This document shows, one piece after another, positions 1 to 16,650 of a stretch of DNA of 64,000 nucleotides (positions are counted from its first letter, which is position 1; each line of letters opens with the position of its first letter). The stretch lies in assembly GCF_009914755.1 (NCBI RefSeq), contig NC_060938.1, one strand, 5' to 3'. This stretch comes from the human T2T-CHM13v2.0 reference genome, Homo sapiens. The position numbers and the translations under genes are program-made. The notes beneath the pieces were generated by a model. The model was given only the letters and a program-made list of their open reading frames with translations. It ran no database searches and was not told the origin of the DNA.

Positions 1-274
1 TTTCGTTGTTGTTTCCCAGGCTGGAGTGCAGTGGCACGATCTTGGCTCACTGTAACCTCCGCCTCCCAGGTTCAAGCGATTCCCTGCCTCAGCCTCTCAA
101 GTAGCTGGGATTACAGGTGCCCGCTACCATGCCCGGCTAATTTTTTCTATTTTTATTAGAGAAGGGGTTTTACCACATTGGCCAGGCTGGTCTCGAACTT
201 TTGACCTCAGGCAATCTGCCCGCCTCGGCCTCTCAAAGTGCTAGGATTATAGGCATGAGCTACCGCACCTGGCC
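1..274 (-). mobile_element. Alu SINE (AluS-type), tail cut by window edge
   Basis: Antisense Alu motifs cccaggctggagtgcagtgg ... caaagtgctaggattataggcatgagc ... cctggcc. Confidence 0.95.
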
Positions 275-486
275 CTAAACTTCTTAAAAGTTGGTGTTTT
301 TCATCATATTTGAGAACTTTCTAGTCACTATTTTTAAAATATTCTGCCCCAGTCTCACTCTTTTCTCCTCTAGGATCACAGTTACATATATTTCAAACAA
401 TATGAAATTGTCCCAATGGCCTCTGAAGCTTCATTTATTTCTCTTCAGCCTTTTATCTCTCTGTCAGGTTAGAGAATTTTGATTGA

Positions 487-858
<372 letters not shown>

Positions 859-1326
859 TCAGTTATTGTACTCTTAAGCTCTGGAATTTTCATTTAGTTC
901 CTCTTTATGGTTTCCATTTTGTTAATTTCTCAGTTAATCTAAATTATTGATTTTTAACGTGATAGTTTCTTTGACTCTATCTTCTCTTTGTTTAATTTCA
1001 TCAAAAATCCTCTTATTTCATCTTATTATGAAATGATTCTAGATACAATTTAATATAAATTAACAATATTTGGCTGCTTATCTGAAAGTTTATATTTTGG
1101 AATTTTTTTTACTTTTCTGAACCTTCTGTGGGTTTTTATGCTTGAAAATAGCATGGACTTATTTGTGCCAGGATGCATATGTGATCAAGGGCAGAGATAG
1201 GGATAGAAATAAAATTAAGGTTAGGTTCTATAGAACAACAGCCAGTGAGACAAGTAGGACTGTGGCTTCAATAAAGTCTTAAATTGAGTATAAGTGGCAG
1301 TGGATTACATTTTGCTCTTATATTTT

Positions 1327-1692
1327 TGTATTCGTCCATTCTCACACTGCTATAAAGGATACTACCTGAGACTCGGTAATTTATAAAGGAAAGAGATTTA
1401 ATTGACTCACAGTTGCACATGGCTAGGGAGGCCTCAGGAAACTTATAATCGTGGCGGAAGGCAAAGGGGTAGCAAGGACCTTCTTCACATGGTGGCAGGA
1501 GAGAGTGGAATGAGAGCACAGGAAAAACTATCATTTATAAAACCATCAGATCTCATAAGAATTCATTCGCTATCACAAGTACAGCATGGAGGAACCACCC
1601 TCATAATCCAATCACTTCCCAACAGTTTCCTCCCTTAATACCCGGGGATTACAATTCAAGATGAGACTTGGATACAAAGCTAAACCATATCA
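1327..1692 (-). mobile_element. THE1 (THE1D-like) MaLR solo LTR
   Basis: tgtattcgtccattctcacactgctataaag ... gaggcctcaggaaacttataatc ... aaaccatatca; about 365 bp with TG..CA ends. Confidence 0.9.
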
Positions 1693-2384
1693 GCTGTCAA
1701 TTATATAGTCAGGGAATCATAGACTTTTAGTACTTGTACAAACTTTAGAAATGATCCTCTAACAAGCTCATTTTCATACTGATAAAATGTGTGTGCTAGG
1801 ATTTCATACATGCTGGGTTGAATGGGTAGGTGATAGGTACCTCCAATGTGGACTGTTAGGCCAAGAATGTTACATTATGAAGGGCATTTTAAATTAGGAT
1901 GTGAAGCAAATGCTTGAAGTAGAAGCCTTCATATATTCTAGTACCCAAAGATACTATGACAGTTGCCATGAAGGAACCTTATAAAGCTCTCAGCCAATAT
2001 ATGGCAGATAATATTAATGTATAGCTTCAGAATATTGGAACTAAAGTAGATTCATAATTTGCAGGATAAACAGGTCACCAGTTTAAAAACAGAAAAAAAT
2101 CCCCACAAAAAAAACAAAAGAAGCGTAAGTACTTAACGTTTATTGTGTCACAGAAATCTGTAGCAGATTCTGAACATATGGTAGGTTACATAGATGGTAT
2201 ATTATGCATATGGTATATATATAACATACATATTTACTTATGGACACATATTTGCCTAAATTGCATTAAGTTCTATAATATTACTGAGTAATAATTTTCC
2301 TCCTTTTCTGTATTGATACAGCATCTGTAAATGCTTATCAATAGGCAAATGAAGTGAATATTTTGCAGATGTCTACAGTTTATC

Positions 2385-2465
2385 ACTGTCTCCCTCACAT
2401 CTATCACAATGTGTGGCGTATGGTAGGTGCTTAATAAATATTTGTTGAATGAGTTAATGAATGTG
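2385..2465 (+). mobile_element. L2 3' end fragment
   Basis: ggtaggtgcttaataaatatttgttgaatgagttaatgaatg is the typical L2 tail. Confidence 0.65.
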
Positions 2466-2862
2466 TCCTATGATTGCCCCCCCGCAACCCACGCTGCCTT
2501 TTGAAAGACTCATTGCTTTGAAAGAATATGTAGAAAGATGGATTTCATTTTTATACTGATGGTACTACCAAATACATTATCATTGTAAAGTTCAGCGATA
2601 AGACAAAAAAAGAAAAAAAATCCTGTGAAATAGAACTGTTATCCCCTAACCTTTAGGTTTGTCTTAGTGTTTGGGATTTCTCCTGAGTCATCTTAGGAGA
2701 ACACTAACTTATCTGTTAGTGAACAAGTAATAACTAAAGCATTTTTATGTGATGGGTAACTAAAGTTTTGAGACTTTAAAAAAACCCCTACTTTAATGGT
2801 TTTCATTTATTTTGGTAATCATTTTCTACCTTATATTGTTTATTATTTATGTGTTTCATGTG

Positions 2863-3200
2863 CAGTCTTTGCTTAGCAATGGGGATGTATTCTGAGAAAT
2901 ACATAATTTGGCGATTTCATCATTGTTTGAACATCATAGAATGTACTTACACAAACCTAGATAGTATAGCCTACTACACACCTAGGCTATATGTTATAGC
3001 CTATTGCTCTTAGACTACAAACCTGTATAAATGTTACTGTACTGAGTGCTGTAGGCAGTTGCAACACAGTGGTATTTGTGTATCTGAAGATTCTAAATAT
3101 AGATAAGATACAGTAAAAATATGATGTTATAATCTTATGAGACCACCATCATATATGTGGTCCATCATTGACCAATATGTCATTATGTGGTACATGACTG
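2863..3200 (-). mobile_element. Tigger3a/MER7A non-autonomous DNA transposon
   Basis: Ends cagtc...catgactg followed by TA; internal tatagcctactacacacctaggctat motif; about 340 bp. Confidence 0.88.
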
Positions 3201-3901
3201 TATATGAATATTATTCAACTAGATTGCATACTTCTTAAGTATAAAGACCCTCTTTTACACAATTTTTTGCCATATAGCATAGTATTATTCATGTAGTTGA
3301 TGGTCAGTACATCATAAGATTTAAAAGGTGGTTGCAGAACACAACTATTATCCTTGAAACTCTGTTGATCTTTAAGCTTTGACTCTAAAGAGATGTCGTT
3401 AATGGTTTTTCCATCCAGTTCTCTTTCTAAGGGAAACAACTTCTGTACTCTTGGTTCCTGCCAAAGAGGTATGCCCAAAAAACTAAGGGTATGGAAATAG
3501 AAACAACTAGGAATATCCAAATAATCCTGCTAGATATTTAGTTTTAGGTACACATTCTGATCTATAAAATGAAATGAAACTATTTATATTCACATCAGTG
3601 AATTTTGAGAAATGAGTGTAAGTGATAGAGCCAAAACTTTTGGTCCCATAATTATTTATGCCTGCATTTAAGAACTAGTTTTAAAAATATGTTTATATAA
3701 TTTTATATTAAATATATATCATTGAATTAATTGAGGATTTACAGAAGTACTTTATATTGACTTATTTCATTATAATTTTAAATTGGTGTTTCTTCATGGC
3801 AACTGTTATAGTATCTTTGGGTCCTAGAATACACAAAGGCTTCTACTTCAAGCATTTGCTACACATACTAATTAAAAAACAAAAACAAAAACAACCTGAT
3901 A

Positions 3902-4193
3902 GGCTGAGTGCAGTTGCTCATGCCTCTAATTCCTGAACTTTGGGAGCCAAGACAGGAGGATTGCTGAGCCCAGGAGTTTGAGACCTGCTTGGCCAAGATG
4001 ACAAGACCGTTTCTATACAAAAATAAAACTAAAAAATAAAATTAGCTGGGCGTGGTGACGTGTGCATGTAGTCCCAGTTACTCAGGAGGCTGAGGCTGGA
4101 GGATTTCTGGAGCCCAGGAGTTTGAGGTGGTAGTAAGCTAAGATATGGCCACTGTACTCCAGCCTGGGCAACAAAGCATGACCCTGTCTGAAA
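3902..4193 (+). mobile_element. Alu SINE (AluJ-like)
   Basis: Both arms carry AluJ-type ggaggattgc/gagcccaggagtttgag; the tail is replaced by a TAGA repeat. Confidence 0.92.
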
Positions 4194-4221
4194 TAGATAG
4201 ATAGATAGATACATAGGTAGG

Positions 4222-4269
<48 letters not shown>
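4194..4269 (+). repeat. Compound tetranucleotide STR (TAGA)4 TACA (TAGG)2 (TAGA)12
   Basis: Units counted directly from the sequence. Confidence 0.97.
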
Positions 4270-5703
4270 ATGAATTTAATGAGCGCTAAGATATAAAAGA
4301 GTATTTTCCCAAATTTTGTTGAGAATATAATAATAAAATGATGGTTTAATGGAGGGGAACTTATAATTTAAGTGAAAGACCAGTCATTATGAATTTAAGT
4401 GAACATTCAGTGAGATACTTTGTACTTACAAGTAGAATGCTTATTTGAATTATCTTTAGAAATCATATCTTTAAGAATTTGTCTTCAGTTATATTGGCAG
4501 AATTCTGATGATTTTAAGAAATATTCCCTTTTAAGGGAAAATAAGTTACTTTTTTGCATTAAATCATAAGTTAGAACATACTACATAATTATTAAAGGTA
4601 TATATAACTTTTTTTCTCAGAGCCTTCATGTTTTCTCATGAATAAGACCAAAGTGTTAAGTTACAAGAAAGGTAGTTGAGGGCTGTCACATTATCTGTAT
4701 GTTCCCCTCTGGATTCTGCTTAAATGTGGTTAAACAAGGCTGCCATCAGAAATCACCTTGACTTTTAAAAGTGTGTCTGATTTCAGAATTATGCATGGAA
4801 TGAATTTCTTAAAAGTTATTTATTACTTATTATATGAGTTATTAATACAATCTAGTAGTTGTAGAATTCTAAATTATGATAACCTTCTTGCCCTTGATTC
4901 TCATTTTTGTTTGAGAATGTTTCTTTGCCCTGGCTGCAATTTATAATATGGTGCTAATTACTATTCACTTGAGACAACATTTGATGTTTTTAAGTATATA
5001 ATTATTATTTTAGGAGTAGTTTAGTAGCTCCTTTGAAAAGTTACAAAAACCTTCTCAATGAAAATATTTTCTCTTTAAAAACCTGAGAAAATGATTTTTT
5101 TCCTAAAACAAAACTCCTAAATCAAAGTGGGATGGGTCTCCAGTTGAAGAGTTGGTAGTCTTTACCACAGTAGGCTAGTAAGCGTCAGTGTATAAGATAC
5201 TGTATAAGCTTATAGCTTCCTGAGGAACTATAGCATCATGATAGTATATACTCCCAGTCAGAATTTATTTTCAGGAATGACATAAATACCTTGTTATAAC
5301 TGATATTTTGTACAAAGAATACTGAAATACAGTGAGGAAAATACATAGAGAAGACAACACTGATTACTGAAGATCAAAAATTTTTTTATATGAAATTCTG
5401 TAATCTGAACAAATGAAGAGGCAAGGTGTCAGAAAGTGAAAAATAATCTGATTTTACTATCTGTATCTTATATAATGATATTCATCAAACCCCTGTATAT
5501 TTTTTTATGTCATAGGCCTCCATTCAATAAGTCTTTAATGTGCTCTTAGTCTTGATATGTAATCCTACTGTTAAAGGCTTTATTACATGTTTTAAGTCAT
5601 TCTTACTTTACTTTTTAATTGCTTATGTCATTTAATATAGAGTTCATTCTGTAAATGTAATTAGGTAATGCTATTCTTACTAAGTTAATCTTGAATTAAC
5701 AGC

Positions 5704-8466
<2,763 letters not shown>

Positions 8467-9212
8467 CTAAAATTGCCATTTTATTTCCTAACAGTTGCCT
8501 CACAGATTTCATTTTACATATAAGGAAATTGGTGCCCAGATGTTGAAGAAATAGGGTACCCAGGTTTACACAAATATTTAGCTATTGGACTGTAACTAGA
8601 ATATAGTTTATCTTATATCTAGTTTTAATCTATATATGTGTATTATTTCTAGAATTAGGCTGAGTAAATTGACATTAATTTAAAAAACAAAAGTTACTAT
8701 ACTTTTAGTTTTCTATTGTTATACAAAATTACCATAAATGTTGTGCCTTAAGCAATAAAAATTTGTTATTATGTAGTTCTGAAGATCAGAGGTCCAATAC
8801 AGGTCTCAGGGCTAAAATCAAGGTGTCAATAGGGCTGCATTTCTTTCTGGGGGCTCGCAGGGAGAATCCAGTTCCTTGCCATTTCCACCTTCTAGAGGCT
8901 GCCTGCATACCTTAGCTCATGGCCTCTTTTCTTCCTTCTTCAAAGCCAACAATGATGGGTTGAGTCCTTCTCACACTGCCATTTGCCCTATTCTCTTTCT
9001 TTGAAAACAATTGGGAAAGGGTCTCTCTTTTAAGGACTCGTGATGAGATTGGGCCAACACAGATAATCCAAGATAATCTCCACATCTCAAAATCCTTAGT
9101 ATTAATTGTATTTGCTACATGAAGGGAAGAAAAAATGTCCTTTTTTCCTCCCTCTACTCTCCTAAGTTCTGTCTCTGGGGTCCTGTAAATTAGACTGATA
9201 AGAGACAGATTA

Positions 9213-9470
9213 AGTTTCAGTTAGATGAATAAATTCTGCGGATCTATTTCAGTGTGATGACTCTAGTATTGTATACTTGAAAATTATTCAGACAGTAGGT
9301 CTTAAATGTACTTACCACAGAAAATAAGTTTGTGAGGTGATGGATACATTAATTAGCTTGATTTAATCATTTTTACAATATATACATATATCAAAACATC
9401 ACATTGTGCATTATAAGTATATCCAATTTTTATTTGTCAATTGTACCTTAACAAAATTTGGGGTGGGGGA
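9213..9470 (+). mobile_element. Old L1M (late L1MA/L1MB) 3' end nested in the MER34-like LTR
   Basis: tgtgaggtgatggatacattaattagcttgatt...tatatcaaaacatcacattgt; acagat occurs on both flanks. Confidence 0.8.
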
Positions 9471-9849
9471 AACAGATAAGAGAAAATGAAACAAATTTAT
9501 TAACATGTGGATTGCTTATACACAGGAGAGTACTCAATGATTAGTAACTCAAAGCGTTTGTTGGAATTTGGGCTTACGTATCCTTTTAACCAAAGAATAA
9601 TTTTGTAGAGGGAAGACAGGACGAAGGAAAGGGACTTTGAGCTACTAAGAACAGCAAATTGTAGGATAATAAATATACGCGGGAAATCAATGGAAGATAA
9701 GGGATAGTATGGTTTGCTCAGTAGATTCTTCTAGTGCTGTCTTTTGGCTGATAAGGTTCTGGAATTGTCTTTGGTGATAAAGTATCAACTAAGAATCGAA
9801 TAGTCCTGCCCTTTCTAGTAGAGAGGAGGAGGGCAGAGGATTTTGTGTC

Positions 9850-9879
9850 TGTGTGTGTGTGTGTTTGTGTGTGTGTGTG
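9850..9879 (+). repeat. (TG)n microsatellite, interrupted
   Basis: Read directly. Confidence 0.9.
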
Positions 9880-12276
9880 CGCAAACTTGCCTTTTCTTAA
9901 TTGACGTTAGCTCAAAATAATCCTTATGCGAAAGTGGCGTATTTTGGGGTGGCATACTCTGAATTCCTTGATGTGTAAGATATATTCACAGGTTCTAGAG
10001 ATTAGGACATCGACAGCTTTCGTGGGGAGATATTCTGCCTACAAACTATGCATTTAAAATTCATTTTCTCCTTTAAGGGATTTTATTGGTATAAATATAT
10101 AATCTATGAAGAACTTATGAAATAAGTTTTAATGCTCTAGACCTCTCAAATAATAACTTTTAATTATTAGACTAATAAACGTAGTTTCTTGAATGCTAGA
10201 AATATGATTTTCAAAAATAATATGGGGTGTAACATCTAATGTGACTAACTTTTCACAATGTATTAAGATGTAATTTAAGCTTCGTATCACATGTGTAGGG
10301 GTTGCTACATGGTGGGTTTACTATATATGTACCTGATTCTTTTTTGATAGGTCTACTGGTCCAAAGGCAAGAATGAAGAGTTCTTTCTGTATTATTTTTG
10401 AATACTAGATTTCATCTTAATGACTTCACTCCTTTTCCTTTTAGCTCTCTAAATTTTTCTTGTGGGGCTGGTTTTATGCTCATTTGAGCATTCACATGTT
10501 CATTCAGCCAGAGCTTAATTTAGGACCAATCCTTTCTCTAAAGGAAATGTAAGCAATCCTAAGCTAGTAACTAAGCTGGTTGTTATAGTCTCATTTTACA
10601 TTCCAATTCTAATGTCTTTCTTTATTTCTTATGACCAAACCTTTTTCTAGTAGTTCATTTTCAGTATCCCGTCTGATTTACTACCATATCTTTGTGTAGA
10701 AAAAACTGCTGCTAAAACTTAGGCCTCATGGCTGGTTTTTTATTTTTATTTTTTTTCTTGGCCAACTTAATCTTGCTAATTCTGATTGCTTGCATTTCCA
10801 TTCACTGGATGCTTATCATTCTCTTAAGTGATGGTAATTTCTAGTCTGGCTTTTCTTGCTTACTGACAAAACCTTGGTTCTGATATTCAGAGTTTAATTC
10901 ATAGACCATAGCAAGTTTTTGTCTTAGTGTTTTGCATTACTATTATGGTAAGTACACAGTAAGCGTTTGATGAATACTTGCATGTTTCATTTGAAACATT
11001 CAGAGGGCATGAACGTATATGACTCTCTAATGATTTCTGAAGTTCCCATTCATCTTCATACATCTGGGGAATTGATAGCTATCTCTATGTAAATGTGATT
11101 CCTTATTAAATTATAGGGAGATTGGGTTTAAAAAAATAACTGTCCTTATCTACCCTGGTGGTTCTTAGATTTTTGGATTTTATGGACTAGTAAAATGTAT
11201 TTAAAAATTTGGAGGATGTACAAAGAAGTGTAACTTTTTATATTTCTAAATAAGAGCATAATAAAATTAAACTATAATCAGCTCTCACCATGATATCATA
11301 AAGGAACATTTGAATATCAAAAAACTTGGAAAGACAAAGTCACTGAATAAAAAAATTTTATAAATTCAATAAATTTAGCTTTATACAAAAACTCAATATA
11401 TTATCTTTTACTTTTCCATGTTTACTTAGAATGACTAAAACTTGCTTTAAAAAATGGGTCTTGGGTAATGCTAATATAGTCATCCCTTTTATTTAAGTAG
11501 GGCCTGAGACTTTCCTAAATCCTAAAACTAGCCAATGATTGAAAGCAAGGAGTAGGAGGTATTTAAAGTATAGTCTTTTGCTTAGGATGGTTTCCTTTGA
11601 ACACAAATCCAACATTTTGATATATGTAGCAAATAACAATTTATCATTTCTGCATCCTTTCTTTTCCATTTCTTACAAAAATATCAGTGGTTCCAGGTCA
11701 CTGTGAGGTAGGTATAGTAAGATTTTGTGTGTGTGCGTGTGCATGCATATGTTCACGTGTTTGGTGGTATGCATAAAAGTGGTTGTGTGTGCATGCATAT
11801 TTCAGTGTGTCATACACACCCTACTATCAAATAATATTATCATTAAGCCTCAATTTTAGGTAGCCACTATGAACCTGGATCTTGGGAATATGGCCTTTAC
11901 TAGTGTTCTTGTCCTTCTTCCTGTTGTGATGCTGGGACTAGCATGTATTTATGTTCCTCCCCAAGAAGTGGAGTTACCTCTTTGCCCATGTTTTTCTCTC
12001 TTAGCTTCAGTGAGTTTCCACCAAGCTATGATACTGATGCACTTCCTCCTAAAAATAAAGGATTTTGTTGCTTAGAGGACATGGGCCAGATGGGTCTTGG
12101 CAGCATTTCTCACCTAGTTTCAATGAGATTTCACCAGTGCCCTCAGATACAGGTTTGCAGGTTAAGGATTTTGTTTTGTAGGAGAGATAGGATAGATGGT
12201 TCTGAGTGGCTTTCAACACTGACTACTATTCTCTTTTAGCCAGCAGTGAGTAGCTTACTCAGAATTGTCCCCTATC

Positions 12277-12583
12277 TGTGTGTGTGTGTGTGTGTTTTGA
12301 GGTGGGGTCTCACTCTGTTGCCCAGGCCGCAGCAGTGTATGGCTGGATCACAGTTTATGGCAGCTTTGACCTCCCAGGCTCAAGTGATTCTCTCATCTCA
12401 GCCTCCCGAGTAGCCAGGACTACAGACATGCACCACCACACCCAGCTAATTTTATAATTTTTTGGAAGAGACAGGGTCTCGCTTTGTTGCCCAAGCTGGT
12501 CTTGAACTCTTGGGCTCAAGTGATCCTCCTGCCTTGGCCCCTTAAAGTACTGGAATTATAGGTGTGAGCCACCGTGCCTGGCC
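12277..12583 (-). mobile_element. Alu SINE (AluJ-like) with a (TG)n tail
   Basis: ttgacctcccaggctcaagtgat and ttgggctcaagtgatcctcc are AluJ diagnostics. Confidence 0.92.
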
Positions 12584-15398
12584 TTTATATATAATTTGAT
12601 TACAAATTTACTGACCACATGTGGTTGTTAGGACTAAAATAATCAATGTAAAAGGATTATATAAAGTGATAATGATTATTACTGTCCTAATCACAGTTAT
12701 TATGGTTCCAATATTTAAAAATCAAGAAAGCAGTAGCAAAGGATATTATGTAATATATGTGTGAACTAACAGATATTAACTTACTTTTTGCAATTTTATC
12801 TTTGTCATTTCACCACACTTAACATGAATAATCTGATATTTAAAATAGGTAAGTATGTACTGGAGACAGAGTTTCAGATTTGAAAAATTATTTTAAGACT
12901 TTCAGGAAAAAGAAACAATATAAGAGCAAAACCAAAAGTAAAAAGAAAATTCTTTTTTTTTTTTGCTTTCTATCTATTCATTTTAAGATCTTCTGTTTCT
13001 TTCTTATACTATCAGTTTATCAATCCTAAATATTCTTCTTACCTTCATCAAGAGTGATGATAATTTTAGCACTTACTGAACTCATCATTTCATGTCATTT
13101 TTCAAAAAGTCTACTTCCATCTCCCTACTATTACCTTTTATATTACTAGGAATTTAGTTAATTCATCTTATTGCCTTGGAGAACCTTAAACTTAAAGCAT
13201 CTTTGATGTTTGAGTATCTATAGCCTACTTAAAAAAAACCTAAAGGAAGAAATGCCACCATTTTGCTGTACTCTATTCAGGTGTTTAACAGCCCTAATTG
13301 AATAGATGTTTCCTTTAATCAAATAGGCTTACTAGAAACATAAATTCTAGGCTCTGAGATTTTTTGTTTTTTTTAATTTTGCAGCTGACATGAGAGGACA
13401 GCTGTGCTGTTTTATGAAGGAATAAAATACCGAGGAATTGTATTGACAGGGTCTGTAACACAAAGGCAGTTGGTAAATACTTTCTTATTGTCTACATTTT
13501 TTGTAGTCTGAGTTGTATGCTTTCCCTACACCATGTTGACTTACTGTAAGTGTTTTAACCCCACTAGACTTGAGGCTCCTTGAGGGACAGAATTTTATCT
13601 TCTTCATCTGTTCTTTAATTATACCTAGCACTGGGAGGTAATTACTTAATTTTTGTTTGTTGGTTTGTTTTCTGAACTGGAGGAATTGTTTTGCATTTTA
13701 GTGGCTTAAGAGTGTTTATTTACACCTAAATATTTTGCAGAATAGAGCAGAGAACATCACAGTTTGGGGCAAATCACTAGGTTTCTCTTGGCAACACAAG
13801 GCTGTTGACATTTATTAAGGAGCTTGGGACTTATCAGAGAGTTAGCTTCTTTAGAGTTCTTTGGAACTTTGGAGTATAGATTTGGCTGTAGATGCTGACT
13901 GGAAATTAAGGTGAAAATGTAATACAGTAACCAAAAGACGTGGCAGGTTAGGTTGTCTTTAAAACAGTGTGGTTGGCACTATGTTTTAAAATGGAGCTAG
14001 CACTGCTCAGGTAGGCAGGGCGTATCAGGAAATTCATCAAGAGAAGGAATTACCATCTTGCAGCAGAATTCTGTCATTTAACATATTTTTGGGGCATGGA
14101 TGGCATCCAGTCCCCAGATAAAGGATGAATAAGAAAACAGAAGCAGGTACCGGAGCCAAATCCATCCCTAGAATTTTGAGCATATAGAGTTGGAGAAAGT
14201 GGAGACTCCAGAGCAACAGTAGAGCCTAGAGGCATTATCAGTCTTAGGTCTTTTTAGCAGCGTAGGGGACTTTGGATGGTGGCGTAGTTTTGGCAGCAGT
14301 GGCTCTAATGCTAGGCCCTACAAGTAGATAAGGCTATTTAATACTGAATTACTTTCATCTGAAGTCTTCCAGGGGCCTGATCATTCTGTCCAGATGTGGA
14401 ACAAGAAAATGATAGATCTAGGATTGTTATGATTCTCTTTAAAATTCCCTAGGGATTTGTTTGGATCTGGGATTGTAAAGCCATAGAGTACATTGTGGGT
14501 TCTCAGTAAATCCTTTGAGTGAATGAATAAATGAAAGCAGCCACTTGGATCTCTTATGGCCAGTAATGCAACCTGGTTTATTTGTGAATTATTTCCTTAG
14601 GGAATGATAATCTCATAACTTCAGCACTCAGATATAAAGTCTACAGGTTAAATTACCAGTCTGGGTTATAGGTTTTATTGGTATTACTTTTGTTGCTTTT
14701 GTTTACTGATATATGCTCCACTCAGTAACTAATTGTTTAATACATTTTGTTGTAGAATATTATGTTTAGTGTTTAACTTTATTTTGTACCTTTGTTAACT
14801 AGGTGTTTTTTTGAGTATATTGTGGGTATACTTATGTACCAAGTGCTGCAAGATCTATAAAAAAATATAAGATGTATTCCCTGCCATTAACGAGCTCAAG
14901 TTAGTGTAGCTAACTCAAAGAAAGGTAGGTAACTATGCCAGTCAGTAAATGAAGAGTACGATGAGTGATAGTTAAGAAGAAAATGTTTATAAGTGCACAT
15001 TCAAAACTGGATGATGTCAGCCTAGTATTTTGAAAACATTCTCAAATATTCAATTTTTAATGCACTGTTAAAAAATAGGAAGTACTTTTATTTCACATTT
15101 TAATTAGATGAGAATAACTAATTTATTTTTCATTAGTGGTGTTATTAGAGCATTAATTTTCCAAAAGAAAATTTGTAGAATGTTAATGAAGCTACAGTAG
15201 GAAATAAATAAATGTTCTGTAAATAATCATTCACCATATTTGATATTTGATTGGTTTAGAACATTAATACAAATGTTCAGAATATTGTTTTGTGTTTTTG
15301 GTAAAAGCACATTAGTGTTCTTGGTTAGGCCTGCGTGCCTTGTTTCCTGTTATGGCATTTTAGGCCAGATTATTAGATCTATTTTGATTTAATGGTAA

Positions 15399-15418
15399 CA
15401 GTGCCATCTACTGAGTCA
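15399..15418 (-). promoter_or_regulatory. CTCF-like motif overlapping an AP-1 site
   Basis: The reverse strand reads TCAGTAGATGGCACTG, near the CTCF core CCASYAGRKGGCRS; TGAGTCA at 15412-15418; motif match only. Confidence 0.35.
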
Positions 15419-16365
15419 TCAACATGATATACCGTCTATATTTCCAGAGGAAAAAAGAGGAGAAAATATATGGTTATTCACTTATTTTTGTTTTTTATTT
15501 TATTTTTAAATTTGATTGCTGCTTTATTCAGTCTCAGAAGAAATTTTAATGAAAAAGTATGAGTAAGCAGGTGCCTTGATTCTAAAAATTTCCTTGGTTG
15601 GAAATAGCAATTGAACTTTAAATACATTCTCTTTCTAGTACATTAAACAGATTGAATTCTATCAAAAGCCTACTTGAACTACTTATAGTATATCTCACTT
15701 TATGCATCATAATCCCATGTTTTCCTACTTTTTATATTCTCTATTCCTCAAACATATCTTTTCTGCTTCCTAGGGCAAAGCATTTCAAATAGATTAAATA
15801 ATAAATAATATATTGAATTTTTATATTTTCAACTCAGTGGGATAATTAATTATGAAAATTATTTTGACAGTCCATCATTTCTTAAGTTCATAAGCATGTT
15901 TATAAATGTATGATTAGATTTTCCCCTGAAAAGATGTTTTATAGAAAAGATATATTTCCAACAATGAGGAATCTTGAGTAAAATGTATTGTGTTGTATAC
16001 TGTAACTAAATATAAATCATATTCAGCACATGAAATAGTATATATTTTTATATTTGTGGTTCTTAATTCATTACTACTGAGAGATTACCTGTTTAAATAC
16101 TTCTGTTTATAGTTACAGACCTTCACTGATGAAAGAACTATTCTCCCTTAAGAAGTTACCAAATCTGTTTTTCATGCAACCTTAAATCTTTTAGTGTTCT
16201 AGGGACTGGATTATATACAACTGAAAGGGAAAACTGTCACTATCATTGTGAAGCTGAATTAAAATATAGTTAATATTATTTTTTGTAGCTCAGCAACTTT
16301 TTCCATTTGTTAACAGATACCCTTCCTCTTTAACACACACACCATTGTGCTTTCTAAAAAAATTA

Positions 16366-16650
<285 letters not shown>

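Larger units (their letters stand above)
9120..9970 (-). mobile_element. MER34-like ERV1 solo LTR
   Basis: ctcaaaataatccttatgcgaaagtggcgtattttggggtggcatactctgaa is the reverse complement of a MER34-type LTR start; contains an L1 fragment and a (TG)n run. Confidence 0.75.
8700..10043 (-). mobile_element. MLT1-family MaLR LTR, split by an insertion at 9120-9970
   Basis: gctaaaatcaaggtgtca...ggagaatccagttccttgcc...tctagaggctgcc; resumes with tattcacaggttctagagattaggac...tattctgcctaca. Confidence 0.8.

Noticed and set aside
11869-12239. Hydrophobic 68-aa ORF as a membrane micropeptide
   Set aside because: Hydrophobicity is expected from T-rich DNA; there is no promoter, homology or splice support that I can see.
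12841-12856. Perfect splice donor AG|gtaagt
   Set aside because: There is no convincing upstream acceptor, and such matches occur by chance in 64 kb.
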